DNA of 32,000 nucleotides from Candidatus Saccharimonadota bacterium (GTDB lineage Bacteria; Pseudomonadota; Gammaproteobacteria; Enterobacterales; Enterobacteriaceae): NCBI RefSeq assembly GCF_039383305.1, contig NZ_CP135009.1, positions 385,661 to 417,660 of the forward strand, read 5' to 3'. Shown piece by piece: positions 29,183 to 32,000 of this stretch (position 1 is its first letter; each line of letters starts with the position of its first letter). The notes under the pieces were generated by a model. It saw only the letters and a program-made list of their open reading frames with translations, ran no database searches and was not told where the DNA came from. The position numbers and the translations under genes were made by a program.

Positions 29183-29215
29183 AGTGCTGAAAATATTTCA
29201 TAAAAATTCAGCACT
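29183..29215 (+). promoter_or_regulatory. G/C-containing hairpin in the iscU-hscB spacer, where iscA lies in E. coli
   Basis: AGTGCTGAA / TTCAGCACT forms a perfect 9-bp stem (4 G/C pairs) with a 15-nt loop. No U tract follows on either strand, so it is not a canonical intrinsic terminator. Given the base composition, chance occurrence is very unlikely. Confidence 0.45.
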
Positions 29216-29232
29216 TAACCAAACAAAAAAAT

Positions 29233-29781
29233 ATGCAATATATAAAAAATAAAATTAATTATTTTAAATTATTTAAAATATCTCAAAATTTTTATATTAA
29301 TAAAAAGTTATTAAAAAAAAATTTTTATAAATTACAAATTAAATATCATCCTGATAAAATTAACAAAAATTTTTTTAATATTTTAGACAAAAAAATTAAT
29401 TCTCAAAACATTAACAAAGGATATCAAATTTTAAAAAATGATTTTAAACGAGCTAAATATTTATTATTATTAATTGCTAAAAAAAAAATAATAAAAAAAA
29501 CAGTTAATCAAAAAATTTTAATAAAACAATTTGAATTATATGAAAAAATTGAGCATTTTAAAAACCTTAAAAATAATTTTCAAAAAATTTTAATTTTTAT
29601 TTTAAATCTTAAAAAAAAAATTAAAAAATATTTTATAAAAGTTAACATTGAATTTGAAAAAAAAAATATTTTAAAAATACAAAATATATTACATAAATTA
29701 TTTTTTTTAAAAAAAATTTTAAAAAAAATAAATTTTATATATAATAAAAAAAAAACTGATTTAATTATTTTAAAAAAATAA
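29233..29781 (+). CDS. hscB: Fe-S cluster co-chaperone HscB (J-protein)
   Basis: The J-domain is recognisable: NYFKLFKI..., LQIKYHPDK (HPD motif) and [19 protein letters not shown] align with E. coli HscB. The C-terminal half is compositionally degenerate (K/I/N/F rich). It sits between iscU and fdx. Confidence 0.8.
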   Translation: MQYIKNKINYFKLFKISQNFYINKKLLKKNFYKLQIKYHPDKINKNFFNILDKKINSQNINKGYQILKNDFKRAKYLLLLIAKKKIIKKTVNQKILIKQFELYEKIEHFKNLKNNFQKILIFILNLKKKIKKYFIKVNIEFEKKNILKIQNILHKLFFLKKILKKINFIYNKKKTDLIILKK

Positions 29782-29815
29782 TATTTTTATATATTTTTTA
29801 AAAAAATGGAGAATT

Positions 29816-30145
29816 ATGCCTAAAATTTTTTTTTACCCTCATAAAATTTTATTACCTATAGGAATAACTGTAATTTCAGTTCCAGGAAAAAGCATTTTAG
29901 ATATAGCATTAGAAAATAAAATTAATATTGAACATGCATGTGAAAAATCATGTGCATGTTGTACATGTCATTGTATTATTAGAAAAGGATTTAATTCATT
30001 ATCTATTTGTCAAGAAAAAGAAGAAGATCTATTAGATAAAGCTTGGGGATTAGAAAAATATAGTCGATTAGCATGTCAAGCTAAAATAGGTATTTCGGAT
30101 ATTTCTGTTGAAATTCCTTTATACACTCTTAATCAAGAATCTTAA
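29816..30145 (+). CDS. fdx: [2Fe-2S] ferredoxin of the ISC system
   Basis: [10 protein letters not shown]..., [37 protein letters not shown] and EIPLYT match E. coli Fdx, including all four cluster cysteines. A GGAG Shine-Dalgarno is present. Confidence 0.94.
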   Translation: MPKIFFYPHKILLPIGITVISVPGKSILDIALENKINIEHACEKSCACCTCHCIIRKGFNSLSICQEKEEDLLDKAWGLEKYSRLACQAKIGISDISVEIPLYTLNQES

Positions 30146-30170
30146 TTATTTAAAAAATTTTATCAAAATA

Positions 30171-31568
30171 TTATTTTTTTTTTTTAAAAAAAGGATTAAA
30201 ACTATTTTTAAAAAAAATTTGAATAGATGAATGAAAAATTAATAATTTTTTTTGAAAAAAATTTTTTAAATATTTTTGATATGATAATTTCAAAAAATTT
30301 GTTTGTGTACCATGAATAATAATTGTTAAAGGATTTATTCCCCCTAAATGCGCATATTTTAAACGAATTCTTTTATTTAAAGTACCCATATGAACAGGAT
30401 GTTTTAATATTGCTTTTTGAAGAATATTTGTTAAAAAAAGGGGGGTAAATTTTTTTTTTGAATAATTATAAATTTTTTGAATATTATTAAAAAAAGAATT
30501 TAAACCAATTTTTTTTAAAGCAGAAATAAAAAAAATTTTATAATATGAAACAAATTTTAAACGATCAAGAATATTTTTTTTATAAATATTTTTTTGATTT
30601 TTTGGAATAAAATCCCATTTATTAATAAATATTAAACAAATATAACCTTTTTTTACAATTAAATTTAGTAAAAATAAATCTTGAGAAGTAATTCCTATTT
30701 TTGCATCGAATAATAATAAAATAATATCACATTTATTTAATATACTAAAAGTTTTAATTCTAGAAACATATTCTAAAAAATTTTGTTTTTTTTTTTTTTT
30801 AAAACCACAAGTATCCATAAAAATATATTTAATATTTTGATAGAAAAAAGGAACAGTAATTATATCACGTGTAGTTCCAAAAGATGAACTAGTAATTAAT
30901 GTTTTTTTATTAATTAAAGTATTAATTAAAGTAGACTTTCCTACATTAGATTTTCCAATAATACAAATTTTAATTTTTAAAATATTTTTTTTTTGCAAAA
31001 AATAAAAATTATTTTTTTGCGAGTCAGAATTAATAATATTTATTTTTTTTTTATTAGAATAAAAATATTCAAAAATATCTTTTAAAAAAATAGAAAGTCC
31101 TAAACGATGACTTAAAGATATTGCATAAATTTTTTTAATTCCTAATTGATAAAAATCTTTTTCTATAAAAAAATTTTTAATTTTATCAATTTTATTGATA
31201 CATAAAAAAATTTTTTTTTTTTCTCTTTTAATTTTGTTTAAAATTAAAAAATTTAAAGAAGAAATTGGTAAAATAGAAGAAATCATAAAAATTATTAGAT
31301 TTGCTTCTTTAATAGTTTTAATAATTTGTAAATTAATTTGATTTAATAAATTATTTTTTTTTTTCTTTTTTTTAAAAAAAGACAATTCAATTCCAGCTGT
31401 ATCAATTAAAAAAAATTTTTTATTTTTAAAATAAAATTTTCCAAAATTTCTATCACGAGTTGTTCCAGATTTTTTATAAACTAACATAGATTTTTTATTT
31501 GTCAAGATATTAAACAAACTAGATTTTCCTACATTAGGAGATCCAATTAATGCAATTTTAGGATTCAT
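30171..31568 (-). CDS. der: Ribosome-associated GTPase Der (EngA)
   Basis: It has two tandem G domains (ALIGSPNVGKSSLFN...GTTRDR...DTAG...NKID and CIIGKSNVGKSTLIN...GTTRD...DTCG...NKWD), followed by a KH-like C-terminal region. Confidence 0.9.
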   Translation of the reverse strand: MNPKIALIGSPNVGKSSLFNILTNKKSMLVYKKSGTTRDRNFGKFYFKNKKFFLIDTAGIELSFFKKKKKKNNLLNQINLQIIKTIKEANLIIFMISSILPISSLNFLILNKIKREKKKIFLCINKIDKIKNFFIEKDFYQLGIKKIYAISLSHRLGLSIFLKDIFEYFYSNKKKINIINSDSQKNNFYFLQKKNILKIKICIIGKSNVGKSTLINTLINKKTLITSSSFGTTRDIITVPFFYQNIKYIFMDTCGFKKKKKQNFLEYVSRIKTFSILNKCDIILLLFDAKIGITSQDLFLLNLIVKKGYICLIFINKWDFIPKNQKNIYKKNILDRLKFVSYYKIFFISALKKIGLNSFFNNIQKIYNYSKKKFTPLFLTNILQKAILKHPVHMGTLNKRIRLKYAHLGGINPLTIIIHGTQTNFLKLSYQKYLKNFFQKKLLIFHSSIQIFFKNSFNPFFKKKK

Positions 31569-31741
31569 ATGAATTATATTCCAAAAATTTTTATAATATT
31601 AAATTTTTTATAAAATTTTTAATTTTTTTTTAAATATTAATTTTAAAAAAATTTATTTTAACATATTCATTTTTTTTGTCTATAAAAATTTTAACTTTTT
31701 TAAAAAAAATATTAAAATTGTTAATTTATATTAATACATTA

Positions 31742-31816
31742 TAATTCACATCTTATCCACAGGTTATTAAATAATAAAAATATTTATTAATCAATAAATT
31801 AAATAAGTTATCCACA
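31742..31816. other. Candidate chromosomal replication origin (oriC) core: clustered DnaA boxes
   Basis: Two perfect consensus DnaA boxes TTATCCACA lie at 31753..31761 and 31808..31816 in the same orientation. A weaker box, TAATTCACA, lies at 31742..31750. All sit in the 430-nt gene-free region after der. At this base composition I expect about 0.3 perfect boxes in the whole window on both strands. Confidence 0.6.
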
Positions 31817-32000
31817 AAAAAAAAAATTATAATAATAATAAATTCTTATAATTTAAATTGTTTTTTTTTTTATAAATTCAAAAGAATAGCTAATTAATAA
31901 ACCATATTTATATTCAAAAAAAAAATAATATGATATATATATAAATAAACTTAAATAAGAAAAAATACATATGTAACTAATTTAAAATAAGGTAATAGAG

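Noticed and set aside
1-32000. Recurrent ttttaaaaaa / aaaattttt strings throughout the intergenic regions, considered as possible repeat families, CRISPR-like arrays or mobile-element ends
   Set aside because: They have no fixed unit length, no conserved unique core and no regular spacing. They are the expected low-complexity product of over 80% A+T composition. No transposase, integrase, phage or cas-like ORF is present.

Overview
The window looks like a segment of an extremely A+T-rich (by eye over 80% A+T), highly reduced gammaproteobacterial endosymbiont chromosome. The gene content (ilvC/ilvD, dapF, isc, hslVU) and E. coli-like micro-synteny fit Buchnera aphidicola best; this assignment rests on my recognition of the protein sequences, not on a database search. 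I call 29 intact CDS with clear E. coli orthologues, plus one orphan CDS, one frameshifted gene (dapF) and 7 tRNA genes. The orthologues are bioH (partial), ssb, dusA, dnaB, ruvX, hemW/yggW, trmB, mutY, yggX, sbcB, rplI, rpsR, rpsF, miaA, rpmE, hslV, hslU, zapB, fpr, cyaY, rho, trxA, rep, ilvC, ilvD, iscS, iscU, hscB, fdx and der. The tRNAs are Asn, Ile2-CAU, Gly, Pro, His, Arg and Trp. I also call a few sigma70-type promoters, three G/C-containing intergenic hairpins and a probable oriC at the right edge. I saw no mobile elements, CRISPR arrays, prophage genes or defence-type systems. The main candidate for something undescribed is a 443-aa strongly acidic orphan protein (16262..17593, minus strand). 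It sits at a synteny breakpoint between fpr and dapF, has its own extended -10 promoter and terminator hairpin, and its composition is very unlike the lysine-rich proteome around it. Other points of interest: dapF is interrupted inside a T10-C-A7 homopolymer tract. The radical-SAM-family hemW has lost its Cys triad and its GGGTP motif. The ISC operon is stripped to iscS-iscU-hscB-fdx, with no iscA or hscA. TrxA has a WCNPC active site. No tRNA gene encodes its 3' CCA.
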